A DNA stretch of 64,000 nucleotides from Coniocarpon cinnabarinum (GCA_051942205.1 JAVECO010000072.1:1-64000), one strand, 5' to 3'; positions 33,544 to 47,048 are shown, numbered from the stretch's first letter. Notes: generated from the sequence alone by a model not told the origin. A program made the numbers and translations.

Positions 33544-36500
33544 GGGTGCGATATGTTGGGATAAAGGCCGACAAGCTGGGAAGTGGCTCGGGCTGCTTGT
33601 ATGATACGTCGTCTTGCAAGGAACGGAAGTGGACACAACATCAGCAGGGCGTCGACTACCGATTTCAGCAGTGCAGGGCCGCTTTTGTGGGTCTTGTGGA
33701 CGATACTGAGGAGCTTCAGGAGTGCATTGGTAGGTTGAGCGTCTTATTAAGAAGAAAAACTTTGCTTCTTGATCGAATTGCGTTCGACCGACAGCGCCCG
33801 ATATTGGTCGCATAAACACAATCGATCGTCTCACGTCGGGGACACATGTCAGCTTCGGCAATGAGATGTTGGCTTTGAGACGACGCGGCGTAATGTCAAC
33901 CGCAACGAGCGGTCATCACTTGACGTGACGACGCAAGCAACGAGCCACCTTGTCCTCCGTGATGGGTACAGAAGCGCATGCGCCAGGACCCAATGTGTGG
34001 CGTGGCTCGCAACTTCCACTCGCGACAAGGAACGTGAAGGGTAATATCGAGGCGAGAATTCACGGACGTCCGTGGCCGCGCCCTATCGCCCAACGCCATG
34101 CGATAAACTAGGGCCACGGGCTCTTTCAAGCACAAGACCGGCAGAAGATAGGAGCGAGGTAAGTCGTTCCAAGTTCCAGGGCAAATGAATGAGGAGTAAG
34201 GCCTGGTGTGCTCATGTGTATCTCCAGGTGGCCGCGCAATCGTGCAACGCAGACAAGCAGATGCTGATGCGAAGGCGAACTCCCACAATGGGCTTGAGGT
34301 CCACTAGCTGGCTACCGATTGCAAGAGGCGAGCCATGGATGATCAACAGAGGATAGCGCAACTTGTCGAACTGCGCATTGGTATAGTGTTCGGACCATGG
34401 TGAAACAACAGGGCGACAAACTGGGGGCTTTCGGTAATCCCACACTGAGGATGACAGGCGAATCAGCCGCCCCTCACAAGGCCAGGTAGATCTAAGCGAG
34501 TCTACTACCAGCTCCGGATGCGAACGTCAGATTGAGCCAGACAGTGGGGAAAAGAAAGAAAGGGAGGAGCAGAGTCGGGGCGCCGGAACGAGATTAGTCG
34601 GACCAATATTGCGAGTGGCCAATGAGCACTGTCGGCCATCCCTAGCGTCGCCATCTTTTCCAGGTATCCTTGCGCCCTCCTTCAACTTCAATCTGTCCTC
34701 AACTGCTCATCTGTGTGGTGTTTTCTTCTTTGACCCCATTGAAGCTTTGACAGAGTGCTTTGCAAATTGTGCGTGCTGTCACGCCGCGGCCAGTCCCTTC
34801 AGCGCGGTCCCTTCGTGCGCACACAGCCCTTTGTCCTTCCCCCTTGTCTTTCAGACATACACGCAGCACCCACGGCGCCTGCGATCATGGTTCTTTGATA
34901 GAACGACTGGCCCTCAGAGAGGTCAATTTGACTCGAGGTCGAGTTATCTCGAGTCGTCCAGTCTTCGGCTCTCTACCGGTCGCCATTCTTCACGACTATG
35001 CCGTCCTTTTCGGGTCCTGTGAGAAGGTGTTGCGCATAGATCTGATCCCGTAGAAGAACAGTATCACCAGCAAGAGATGGTGACTGTATGAAAAGATAAG
35101 CATCGAGTCTTGATAGTTGGCGCTGTTTGCCCGAGAAAAGAGAGACTTCTGGGCGTGTTCCTTTGGTGGATCCATCGCAGTAGCATTACCGTCATACCCC
35201 CGAATGTTGTGCGAGCCTATGAAGCTCCGATCTATGGGTGAGCAGTCGATGCCAGCATTATACGCAATCTTGGAGCCTCGGTACCATACTCGTTGCAAGA
35301 TGCGGTCGTTGCTTTGATTCAATGGTCATCACAGGCCGTGGTCTAGGACCTGGTTCTTTTCCCCGGACACGGAATCACTTGTGCTCTGGAGCAGGCCTGC
35401 CATTAGAGTCTGCTCGTTGACTATTGGTTAGCAGTCAGGTCGGTGTCCTTGATACGGCTCCATTCGTTGCTTGCACCGGCCCTAGCGAAGTGACGGTGGA
35501 CTCGTCTTTGTGCTCCGACGACGACATCCTTGAGTTGGTTCCTGTGTCATGAGCAAGGCTTACTAGTGACCACTGTGCACGATTACTGGCCCTCTGTTAG
35601 CCCTGAGACGTCTTCACGTTGTCGTACAGCAGCATCTCGTGTCTCAGGACCTTGGCTCTCATCGTCCGCGCTCGTCTACGGAAGCTACCCTTACCGGTCA
35701 TGTTCCTTTTCACAGGCTAGATTAATTCGTTGTCTGGTGAGCTGGATGCATGAAGTCACTATGTTCCCGGTCGGAACCACTTCAATGACTTATTGAGCAC
35801 TCTCGCCTTTCCCCCTTTGCAAAGGCGTTTCCTTCAGCTGCTCGTCAGGAGTATGCAGTTTGTTGTCTTCATACCATCCTCACGCTACTCTTCCCGTTTG
35901 AAACGTTCGTGGTCTCTGCTAGGGATTCAACACGTGCGCTCGTCAGTCTCGATGAGTTTGTTGGTCTCTCAGGTAATCTCGGCAGGTTCTACTTTGACCG
36001 TTCCATTGCCGAGGGGCGGGGCCTTTCCCGGAGTGCTGAAGAGTTCCATGGTCTTGTCAATGAGTTATTGGACCTTTGATGTTTCCTTTCAGGGGTTCGT
36101 GGGGCTTGGTCCACTCAATCAATACACCGTGCAAATGTCGCGCTTGCCATGATGATGCTCTTTACAGCACCAGCCACAGGAAGGGTCTCTGCGATTTGGG
36201 CACCGCGTAGCTCGTCAAGCTAAACCATGCTGGCCCTGAACTAACCAAAGAAGTGTGAACCTGGCGTTCGAAGGCGTTGTTTGAGACGGTCGAGCACATC
36301 ACTAGCGCCTCCTATCAATGAAGTTGCAGCTGTCGTGTAGTACTGGCCAAGCAGCCCACGGAGATGCTGCACTTCGACACCGATCCATGTCTTTGAAGCG
36401 GATCATATGGTATCCCGTACCGTTGTTGCCGTCACTGCTTTGTACAAGTGGTGGTGGTGGTGCCGGTGATGATGGTTGTCGTCCCGTCGTTGTCACTCCG

Positions 36501-39117
36501 ACCTCAAACCAGTCACTTTTGAACCAGCTCGTTGCTGTCTGCTGCAATGACCTGCTCTGGTCTTCGTTAGCTTCTCTCGACCGCTGTTCCAAGTCTTGGC
36601 TCCGAGTTCCTTGCGTCAGCGCTCTTGATCACCATTACTGGCCATTCCTGCCTCGACATTGGTGCATTCCTCGGCCAAGGACCTTATTCCGACTTCCCCT
36701 TGGACCCATCTCTTTTGCTGTCACTCATCTCACCTAAGATATCTGTTCAGGCTATGACTGCCACCGTGGAGCATGATTCTACCCGGAGTAAGCCTGGCTA
36801 TGCAAGTGGAACCAGTCTTTGCGGCCATCTGCACCAATGTGATAGCTTCCGGGTGCTTTTCACTGCCCCGGCCTCTGGACATGATCTTCATTTGGTGAGC
36901 AACGAGATGATGCTGCAGGCGTAGAGAATCTGTTGCTAGCCCCCTGGCGTGCAGGGTGCTAGAATGTGATTCCATTCCTCAAGGATGCAACGAACGTCTG
37001 CAGCCTCTGCGTACTGCGATCTGGCACAACTCGACAGTCTCATCTGTCCGGTCTTTCATTATGAAAAGCCATGTTCAAAGATATGGAATCAACATTCTTG
37101 ACTCGACTGCCCTGCAACGGAACGACGAACACCAACGAAGGCCTGATCTAGACTGGCTCAGGCGCCCCAAGGGCTAGCGTGTTGATGCCTTGTCCTGCGC
37201 CCACTGCTTCTCTCAGATACGGTAGTAGAGGAGGAGGAGGAGGATCTCGTTGGTCGACATCGAAGTCTGGCTGGGTCCTCCCTATGAACATAGCGGAGGC
37301 TCCTCAGATTAATCACGTCAACGCCACAGCGACCAAGAGCAACTCGGGAATCGAGCAGAAAATCAACACTGCGCAAACACACCATCAGTATTTTGGATTC
37401 CAAGCACAACACCACGCATGCCTCACCTGCAACAATCGACTCTCCCACAGTGTAATAATACTCGAGGCCCCCTGACATAATTGTCGACGCTCGGAGCCCG
37501 ACGTCATGCTCGCCACTGTGGGTAAAAAAAAGATCATCTCCGCCGGGATTTCTGTGATGATTGCGAAAAGTAAACTTGGAGGGAGAAACAACGCAGGCCT
37601 CGAAGGATAGTCAAAGATGTGACCAGGCGTACTGGGGCTCAAATGACCAAGAAAAGCCCTTGCTGACGACGTCTGCAAGGCCAGCTGGCCAACAATCAGC
37701 CACGCCAATGAGTGCGCAAATGGGGCAAAAGATACTCTAGAGGTCAAAGTGCCTGATAGATGATCATGCCAGCCTCCGCAACAACAGCGCTGCAACACGA
37801 CCGCGTTGGATCCGGGCGAAGCGCCTTGTTGTCAAACGGCAAAACAGGCTCAGACTCCAAGGTCTGATTGCATGCAAGAAGGAGATCGAGGCTGTTCACA
37901 GGTAAGCGCAATGAACCGAGGAAAGGTGGAGCGAGCTCTTCGCGGGCTCTGCCTTGCACTCGTGCTCACGTGAGCGACGTGGGGAGGTCCGGGGTTCGAG
38001 CGACGGGTCAGGTAAGTCAATTTTCTGTGCATTTTCATTGCGTAGGCAAAACACGTTGTTTTCTGGAGCAAAGAATCGGAAAATATGCGCAAAAATCACC
38101 GGAAAGACTATGTAAGATTTGGATGAAATAAGAGGCAAAGGGCTATAGTAAAGGCCAGTTTGAAACCCGTGGTCAAATGGCGGGGCGGTCCCTAGATTCG
38201 AACGTGTGTCTCTAGCGCAGGCCAAAAAGAATGCCTTGTAACGTATCCCTCTGCTTTGCAAGCTTTCCCCCGTAATATGCCTTGCTATTGTGCATCCATG
38301 ATCCGGTTTGCTTTTCACTAGCGAAAAAAAAGATCTTTAAGCGGTTTTTAGATGCCGGTACATCTCAGATGGTAAAGCCGAAGGCGGCTGTGAGGTTCGG
38401 AGAATGATAGACAAAGTTTGTGCAGGGTGCAGGTGGAAAGATGAACAACGAGTTCGAAACGACTAGACCAAATGAGAAGATGCACGTACCTCTTTGTCCT
38501 TGTCCTCTAGGGACGAAAGATGATATTGCTTATTTAAAATATAACTACATGTTGCTGCATGGTTATGCTCGCGAGATTGTAGCTATCCGCTGGGTTTTGA
38601 CCGATAATTACTTTCACCCGCCTACAAGACCGCGCAAGTGAATCTGATTCAAAATCATGATTGCGCACAGCCGTACAGGCGCCTATTTCACGTCTGCTTA
38701 GCTCTGTAAGCATTCTTGGCCTTGATCTGGTCGTTAAGCTTGAAAAATGGAGGATGAAGCTCAATTTGTGGTGCACGAGAGGATGCGCTTTAAGAGGCGT
38801 AATTCATTGCTTGAAAAACTGCAAAGTCTCCATCTACTTTGCCTTGCAATGCAGACTATTCTCTATCGACTATCCTCCTTCGAACATTCGTCTTGTTGGG
38901 GCAATCGAACATGCTTTGCATCCCTTTCTCATAACTCAATTCAGCTGGGGACGCCATGGCGCATTTCCTGCACGATTGGTTCTTCATCGGCCCATCAAAC
39001 CTTGTGCTTCTTCGCTCTCTGAGACGTCCCTTTAATCTCGCCCTTCTCGCCCGTGTCCTCTACGATCTGCATGTCTGCCTTGTTGTCCTTCTGCAGCTCT
39101 CATTCTCCCCCTTCTTG

Positions 39118-40549
39118 TTATTCTCTACTTCCGTCTTCCCATCCTTGCCCTTCTTTTTCTCCTTCGTCAGAATCTCCAAGGCCATCAACATCTTGTTCAT
39201 CATTGTCCTCCCCGTGTACAGCATCTGCAGAGACACACGCAGCGGCCAGCCTCCTGAGTCCATTGTTACTGATGTTAGTACTCTTGGATCGTTTGTTGCT
39301 CTGCCCGACCGTCTGAGGGCCTTTGCCGCCATCTTGAGTCTCACCAATGCCAGCACTGCGACGAGGACGCTTCTTTCGGATAGGAGGTGAGGACGGAAGC
39401 AGCTCGGCAATCCGCAAGTCGTTCATCGGCAAATTGTTGTAGAAGCAGACCCATTCCACAAGCACCGGATCGAATGGCTGGCCAACGATTTCTGCAGTCA
39501 CAGCTAGCGGCCATTGATGATTGTCTACTGCACTAATACTTCGCGCCATGAAGAGCTTCTCGCCCAGAGCATTTGTAAAGGCCTCCCCGTATCTTTCTTT
39601 CAACGCCAGTCTCTTGTGTTTGTCTAGTGACCGGCTTTTCATGCCGTGGTACTTCTCGATATCATTGGTGTGCCACGCTCTCTTACCGATTGGCGGTATC
39701 ATACCAACGATCAGACCAAGCCGGGCGAGAAGCGCATCTCCCGTTGGGAAGTTCTGCGGCGTTGGTCGAGGGTGCAGCTCTCCCTGCATGAATCCACGCG
39801 GAGATTGCGCTGTGGGGTCGATGGCGTAGTCGATAGCTTGTGGCAGGTGAGGAAGCGCCACGAAATCGTAGAAGTTGTCGTCTTCGCCGGCTTCTTCTTC
39901 CAAATTGCCAGACGTGGCGCTACGCACGTCTGGTTTCCAGCCGCGAGACGGACCATCAGCGTCTAGCATTGGGAGGCCAGCGCGTGGCTTCGGCGGCACG
40001 GGCGCGCGATCTTGTGGTGGCGGCGAGTTGGCCGCGGCGTTGATTGGTTCTGGGCTGCTTGACAAGCCCGTTGCGAGGTATGAGTCTGCCACCGACTCAT
40101 CCTAGACATCAATTTGTCAGTGGAAGGTGATTCTTTACGGAAATGAAGCGGTTCAAAAGAATTTCAAGCCCTCAAGGTCAGTTTCAACGCCACCAATCAT
40201 AGCCAGAGACTGCTTTCAGTTGACTGAATGTCTCAGGTGCATCGAAAGCTGTCGAAGACGCGTTTTTTTTTGAGATGAAAACCTCATATTAAACAGAACA
40301 CCGACGAAAAAGGCTTCTCATACATACCATCTTGCTCATTGTCCAGTTTTCGAGCTCCTCGTAACGAGCGTCGAGTGGGCTGGGTCCCCACGGCTGATCC
40401 TCCCCGCTGTGGCCACTAAACAGCAGGTCGTGTCTCTGTTCGAGCAGACGAGGCTCGATTGACGGCGGCAGTGGCTCCGAAAACGTGATGCTGGGATCAG
40501 CGGACTCGACGAAAGCCCGCTGGCAGGCAGAGGCGTCGCAGGACTCCAT
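39118..40549 (-). CDS. Hypothetical protein, ~401 aa, 2 exons; basic NLS-like segment and acidic tail
   Basis: Exon 40549-40328, intron 40327(GTATGT)-40102 (CTGAC..TAG) and exon 40101-39118 join in phase 0. Contains PIRKKRPRR; no family recognised. Confidence 0.6.
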
Positions 40550-40999
40550 CACTGGTCTCCACAGTGATGCAGAAGGCACAGCGATGAGGCGTAAGTGACG
40601 CGTACACGAGGTAAACACGGTTTGTTTGGACGTCTGTTATGATACTGCCTCCTCCCAGCATACACCTTGGCCCAATTGGGAAGATTGGCTCGCGTCCTAG
40701 ACAACGCGTAATGAGCAAAACATCTATCAGAGCTTTCTTCTGCATTTAATGCACCTGATTATGTGTCCAACAGGCAGATACACTCAAAATTGGCCGAAAT
40801 TCTCAAGTTTTCTCGAAACTGTATGCCCTGTATCCAAACGATCTGAAAATTTTGAAGTCCTTTAGCATCCAGAGCTCTGATACTCAAACAATAACACGTA
40901 AAACACGACAATGATGGGGACATGCCAATTTGTGACTCAAATTGAGTGCGTTTTATTGACAGCTATCTACTGTCCTTCCTCCATTCCACCCAGACCCAG

Positions 41000-42282
41000 C
41001 TAAGCCGGGCTGTGGGAGCACTTCTTCCTCCTCATTCTGCACACATCACACGCCGTGGGCAGGCGTTTTCTGCCTCCCTGGTCTTTCGATCGACCTTCAT
41101 GGTCGAGCTCATTGTTCGTGTCAGGACGCCCATTGGCAAAGCGGCGGCTCCGCCAGGTGCCCTTCTCCCAGGTGGCTGCTTGCGGGTCCCAAGACCAGAA
41201 CGTGTCGGTCTTCTTGTTGAAAAAGGGGACGTTCAACATGTCCAGGCCGTTGCGAAGGGACACCCATGCCTTGTACTCGTCACTCATTCTTGCCACCTGA
41301 TTCCCGTCTTCGTCTTCTTTCGTCGGCCCACAAGCCAACTCGATGGCCGCAGCCAACGCCCACTCCTCGTCCAGGCCCTCCATCTTGGCGATGATCTTCT
41401 GCTCGCCGAAGACGCGCCAGAAACCGTACCCATATTCCTGGACGATGGACGCATTTCTCTCATCCAGGGCTCGCCAATAATCCCAAGTATAGCGGCGAGC
41501 AAGCTCAGCGAGGTTGACGACGGTTCCCTCAAGGCCTGGGAGCAAGCCTGCGATGGCCAGGAGGGTGCGGCCTCGGGGCGCTTCCTCGCCGAGGCCGGGA
41601 ATTTGTGATGGCTGGAAGTTGTCGGCGGAAACAGGGGGGGCACTTGGGCCGTTGGTGATGGGCTGCAATTTGGGCTGGGAGATGGGCTTCAACGTTGGTA
41701 GACGGAGCCCGGACTTGGTCGGATGGGACGGCGAGAATGCGGTGTAGAAGGAGGCGACTGAGGATGCGTCGTCCTGGTCGTCGTCTTTGGCAGGGGCTTC
41801 TGGCTGCTTTGGGCTGACGGCAACAGAAGCCACTGGTGCCGGTGCCGGTGCAGGTGCCTGAAAATTTGGAGTCAGTTTCAGTCTGGCTTTGCAGCGTTGC
41901 TGACCACGTCGTGTTGCACGATTCTTGCCACCGTAATACGGCACAACAGGTAGAAAAGGCGACCGACGCGTCAACAAAGGGGAAGAAAGGGCTGTTGACT
42001 TACTGGTACGGCCGGTGGTGGTGCTGACTTATCGATCAAGGCGTGCAGTCCTGGCGCCAGATCTCTGAAAGATTCCCAGTTTTCACGCTGGCCTGCTGGC
42101 AGCTGGCCCTGCTCCCAAAATCCACCGGCGTCGAAGCGTTCCTGCATTTCTTCAGGCCCGTCGAACGCATGGCGGCGAGCAAAAGTAGAACGACGCTGGT
42201 TGTTGCGGAACTGCAACGAGTAGAGAGCCACCAACTGATGGCGTTTGGCGGCGAGCTCAGCGGCACTGTTGTCGGACGACAT
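41000..42282 (-). CDS. Hypothetical protein, ~378 aa, 2 exons, ending in a half Zn2Cys6-like motif
   Basis: Exon 42282-42004, intron 42003(GTAAGT)-41858 (CTGAC..CAG), exon 41857-41000; C-terminus RKRLPTACDVCRMRRKKCSHSPA*. Confidence 0.72.
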
Positions 42283-43159
42283 GGTTGCTGCCCGGCCAAA
42301 CTTTTGTCGGATGCTGAGAGGAGTTGAGGAGAGGATTGAGGGTGAGAAACAACAACCAGGACGCGTAATATTTACGTGGGCGCGCCTCACGCGCGAAGTG
42401 GGAGGTGAAATTACATGATGCCAGCGTCCGAAATTAGGCCACATCTGGCCGCCCTCCTACACCCAGGTAGCCAGACGAGCTACAGGGGAAAAGAAGCACT
42501 CGCCCATGTCGTAGATGTCTTCTCTGGGCAGGAAAAGCCGTGTTTGATGGAGGTCCGTTGAGTGTGCGAATTTGCATATCGAGAGGCATGAGGCAGCGAA
42601 CGCCGGCAGAAAAAGCCGCGCGACACACAAAGTGCCCGCATGTGCCCGTTGTTTCATATTTCCAGTCGTCATGGCAGTCTGCGGGGCACTTCAGTGGCAG
42701 TGAGGAGTGCCAGGCCCTCCATCACCAGGAATTCCTCGTGTGAATCGAGTCGTGCTGCAGCGCCTTCGTCCGCGTCTATACCTACAAGCCACTACATGAG
42801 TCAGACGCGACTGTCAGATGTCAGACATCTTGATACGCGAGCGGTGAACGAGCTTGAGTCGTGCGAACTGGGAAGTGGCGGGGAATCATTCGTCATCAGG
42901 CGTCCAGGTGACGACGCTAGCGCCGTTTTGCCCCCCGCTTTTTCCTTCTTATCACTCTGTGTGCTGAAGTTTTCTTCTCTCGCTCTTTCTTCCTTCCTCC
43001 CTCATCATTATTATCTTTTAATTTCTAATGTTTAATGTCTAATTTTTAATTTTCAATTCCCACCCCATCGCTGTCCTTGCCTTCCTTTGGCAGATCCTCA
43101 GTGCGAGGGAATCACCACAAAGCGACATTACGGTCAAGACTCGCTGCGTCGGCACCTTC

Positions 43160-44475
43160 GTGCCATGTTCTCAAACCACACTGTCAATCAGTCGATGATT
43201 AACGCAGGAACCTTGGGTATGGAAAGCTGATCCACACCATTGTTTGGTAAGTAAACAGGCAACTGACCGTCCTTTCTTAGGTCTTGTTTCCCGCCCGAGG
43301 CCGCGGGTCATCAATGAGACGATGTACAATCTTCGTCCGCGCACACCATCGGTGCCATGCTCAAACCACACATTCGTGTGACAATTCACGAGACACCACG
43401 CGTCTCGGACGCAGTCACCTGCATTCCATGCGGGGCCCCTGTGTCCTGAGCCATGCGTGAAGTCCGGAGGAGGGGGATCCCTCAGAGTCACCTGCATTCC
43501 AGGGGGTGACTCTCAACCACACTCAAGAGACGCGAGCGGCACTTCGGGGGTCACTGCACCCCTTGAAGTCTGGGATCCCCCAACAAACTCTCGTCGACCG
43601 GCGAAAGAGGAGCCACGAGACCCAGTTCCCCGCACCATGCGTGAGAAGCAGAGAAAGGAAATTCCTGGCAGTCCTGGATCTCCTGATTTCGAACCTGACA
43701 ATGACATGGCTCCACTGGCAGAGTGGACCCTCTCGCTTCGATCTGCTGTGCCACAGATGGAGAGCGCCAAACCAATCACGCCCAAGCCGAAGCCTTCCTG
43801 GGGACCATGCTCACACCACTAATTCTTTCAATGATGAGCAGTCACCTGTATCCCTCACGGGCGCCAGCACGAATCTCATCTTAGCTCAAGTCTTCCTCTG
43901 TGCCACGCTCAAACCATCAATTCTGTGGGTGTCAATGGGGCACCCGCGCTCCTAAGGATGCCAGCACGGAATACACCCAAGCCGAAACCTTCTGTCGGAG
44001 TCATGCTCAAACCACGTCCTTTGGACGTCGAGGAGGCACCTGCATTCCACACGGACGCCAGCACGAAATACACCAAAGCCGAAACCTTCTCGGAGATCGT
44101 GCTCAAACCACAAGTCCGTTGAAATGCAGGTGCCTACACATATTACACCTGAGCCAAAGCCTTCACTCTTGCGGAGTCATGCTCAAACCACCGGATCCCG
44201 AGGAGGATAGGGTAACCGCAGTTAACCATCACCCCATTCTCCCTCGGGGGGTCATGATTTCGAACGAGTCCAACCACTTCGGTGGAATGGACGAATGCTT
44301 TCCCATCGAGCTAAGCGTTGGAATGGTCCTGGACCTTGTGCTGGCGCCCGCATCCCACACGGGCGCCAGCACGAAATACACCAAAGCCGGGGCCTTCCCC
44401 CGGATCATGCCCAAACCACAGGATTTTGGGGAGGATTGGGTAATAACCATTAACCGATACCCAATCCTCCCTCGC
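43160..44475. repeat. Degenerate ~97-bp repeat array, possibly the relic of a repeat-protein gene
   Basis: CCAGCACG at 43864, 43961, 44058 (period 97) and 44366. GCTCAAACCA-like motif at ~43169, 43359, 43809, 43907, 44005, 44101, 44181 and 44409. Confidence 0.8.
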
Positions 44476-46028
44476 TCTGCTGTCCGGGATTCTCGGAATC
44501 CTGGTCTTGCGGCTAAAGAGCCGCAAGCGTGGCTGCTGTTCCAGCTCCAGGTTTCTTTCCGACTCGGGTGCCAACGCATCAATGCTTGGAAGATCGCTTG
44601 ATTGCAGCCAACTACCTCCAACTCGAATGATCATCATTATGGCAACTTCAGAGTTCGCAAGGATGCCGCGACGCGGTGGCGTTTGAAGCGTGGGCAAGAT
44701 ACACTGTATGTCAGCTACTACTTATGCCATTGAAGAGGCCGAAGCATCCAATGGAAGTTCTGTACAATATGCAAAGATACTCAATCATTTTCAGACGTCA
44801 ATAGCCAGAATAAGCTGAGTTGTGCTGCCGCTATTCATAATTGCCTCTCAAGCATGGCCTGTGATCGTAAAAGTCTCCTTAGCACTACAAGCCGTTGCTG
44901 CCTCTTCAATTAATACCCACGAAAGATTGTAGTCGTTGCTGAGACCAGCCATCTCCAAAACAAATCCCTTGCTGGCAATGTCATCGAGTGAAGCTTAGTT
45001 TGGTGGCAAGACAAGCAATCCGACTTGAAGTGTTCAGAGAGAATCACACGGCTTCCTCAATTGTCCCCGCAGTGACAGTCAATGCGGCTTTTGATGTTCC
45101 AAACTGAAAGACAATGATCACAGCAAGAGGGAGTCAAAGGGAGAGACATGTGCAGAGTAATACGCTACGGACATGCGCAGAACTCGAGACATGAGCATAG
45201 CAGAGCTGCATTGACGTCTGATATACGCATTTACTCTCCAATATTTCTCTTTCAGCTTATTCTAAAAGGTATTCATGAGTTGAGACGATGCTTTTCCTTC
45301 CTATAGCCATCCTTTGTTGATTCAATGACGTCCTGAGTAATAAAACAAGACGAACCAGGTCACGAGCGCACGGACACAAAGCGGTAATTTGCTTCCGGTC
45401 GTCTTTCTTCTTTGTTGTCTCTTTCAACTCTCGCACCACACGTCTTTCTGCCCGAGCACAAGCCTTTTGGTAAGTGATGGAGTTCCTGATGCGTCGATGG
45501 CAGCCTTTGAAGCCGAGTGTGTTTCGAGCAGTGCAGATGGCTTGCTCCGCGAGACGCGAGCTCGTGGAGTGATGCGCAACTGCTCGTGCTGCTTGGGTCG
45601 TTCATTTTTCATCTTGGTACTTGGACTGACGTTCATGATGTAGGAAACAAGCAACATGGAAGACAACGCACCACAACAAGTCTGGCTGTGTTCGGCGGTG
45701 GAGCGGGAGGTGATGAGACCTCGTTGTCTGCATCGCCAGCTGAGGCGGAAGTAAGTCGTCCCAAGGCCTTCCGCCGTCATGTCCAAGAGACGTTGCTGGG
45801 CCCGTCTTCCGGCATCGCATGTTTCGACCGTCCCGCTGAACAGAAACACGATGCACATTGTCCTGTAGTTTGGTCTCGCTGACCATGAATGCCACAGATT
45901 CAAGGGCAAGATGCAGCCGTCTGTCCCCCGAGTCGGCGTGATGCGGGGTGGAGTCCTGGTCCCCTCTCTCCAGGCGCAACCAGCGACGTTTCCGCCGGGC
46001 GCCTACCTCCCAGACCGGCCCCCTCCCA

Positions 46029-47048
46029 CTACCGCGCCGGGGCCGTTACCCTCAATAGTCGTTCCGCATTTCGATGACAGATGCCCGCAAACGCCTCCTC
46101 GCTCACCAGACCACTCGCCCGCAGCTCGACCAGCCAGTCCCGCGCCGGACCAAACTCCGCAAACGGATAATCCACCGACCACATTATCCGATCGACCCGC
46201 GTGTTCCGCAGCAAGCACGCCAGAGGGTCAAGGCTCCAGTTCCCAGACGTCGTGATCCAGACGTTCTCGTTCCAGACTTGCTCGAACGACCTCTGCCGCT
46301 CGCCCCAGCTGCGGCTGATTCTCTGAATGCGTGCGAGTTGATAAGGCATCATTTCGCCCATGTGGCCGATGATAATCTTGAGTTTGGGACAGCGATCGAA
46401 GAGCCCCGCGGCGAAGAGACGGAGGATGTGAATGGCGGTGTCGCTGTGCCAGCCCCAGCCCGGGCCACCCATGGTCAGTTTTGCGGCATCGTTGAAGCGG
46501 TCGCTCTTGTAGCGTGTCGCGATCATGGCTTCTTCGGGCCAGTTGGGATGGAGGTAGAATGGAATGTCGAGGGCTACCACCTCCTCCCAGAGAGCATCAT
46601 ACGCCTCACCGTCGTAGAAAGTGCCTTCAGCGTGGTTATCGACTAGAGCCCCAACGAATCCAAGGTCTTTGATGCAACGACGTAGCTCTGTAATTGATGC
46701 AGCCGGGTCAAGCATGGGCAAGACTGCAAAGCCCGCGAATCTTCTTTTCCCATCGCCACCACCGGCGCGCTTTTCCTCGGTCTGAATGCTCTCATACAAC
46801 TGATCATTCGTCTTTCTGCAATCCTCGGGCGACGTTGTCGCGAGGCCAGGGGTAGATGACACGATCTGCAGTGAGGCTTCTCCCGAGTCCATGGCCGCGA
46901 GTCGCGTCGCTCCTACATCCTTCAAGTTGTCCACGAGCTTGGGGTTGTGCCTGGACATGATGTTGTAGCGCTCCATGGCATTGGCTGAGGCAGCATGAGA
47001 CAGGTAGTGGTCCTCGAGCGTGACTAAGGGGGGCAACGGTTTAGACAT
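46029..47048 (-). CDS. Amidohydrolase-2 family aromatic acid decarboxylase (2,3-dihydroxybenzoate decarboxylase/OrsB-like), 339 aa
   Basis: VTLEDHY, RLAAMD, RFAGFAVLPM, ELRRCIKDLGFVGALVDNH, FYLHP, GWGWH, KIIIGHMGE, VWITTSG and RIMWSVDYPF. Confidence 0.92.
   Translation of the reverse strand: MSKPLPPLVTLEDHYLSHAASANAMERYNIMSRHNPKLVDNLKDVGATRLAAMDSGEASLQIVSSTPGLATTSPEDCRKTNDQLYESIQTEEKRAGGGDGKRRFAGFAVLPMLDPAASITELRRCIKDLGFVGALVDNHAEGTFYDGEAYDALWEEVVALDIPFYLHPNWPEEAMIATRYKSDRFNDAAKLTMGGPGWGWHSDTAIHILRLFAAGLFDRCPKLKIIIGHMGEMMPYQLARIQRISRSWGERQRSFEQVWNENVWITTSGNWSLDPLACLLRNTRVDRIMWSVDYPFAEFGPARDWLVELRASGLVSEEAFAGICHRNAERLLRVTAPAR

Noticed and set aside
35400..37600. Possible decayed minus-strand gene
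   Set aside because: Some stretches look coding-like, but there are many stops and no recognisable family; it cannot be supported without a homology search.
38175..38225. tRNA-like GTTCGAAT...CCA on the minus strand (also GGTTCGAG near 37993)
   Set aside because: No T-stem or acceptor-stem pairing could be built.
43160..44475. CRISPR-like array
   Set aside because: Eukaryotic context, degenerate repeats, inter-repeat sequences similar to each other rather than unique spacers, and no cas genes.
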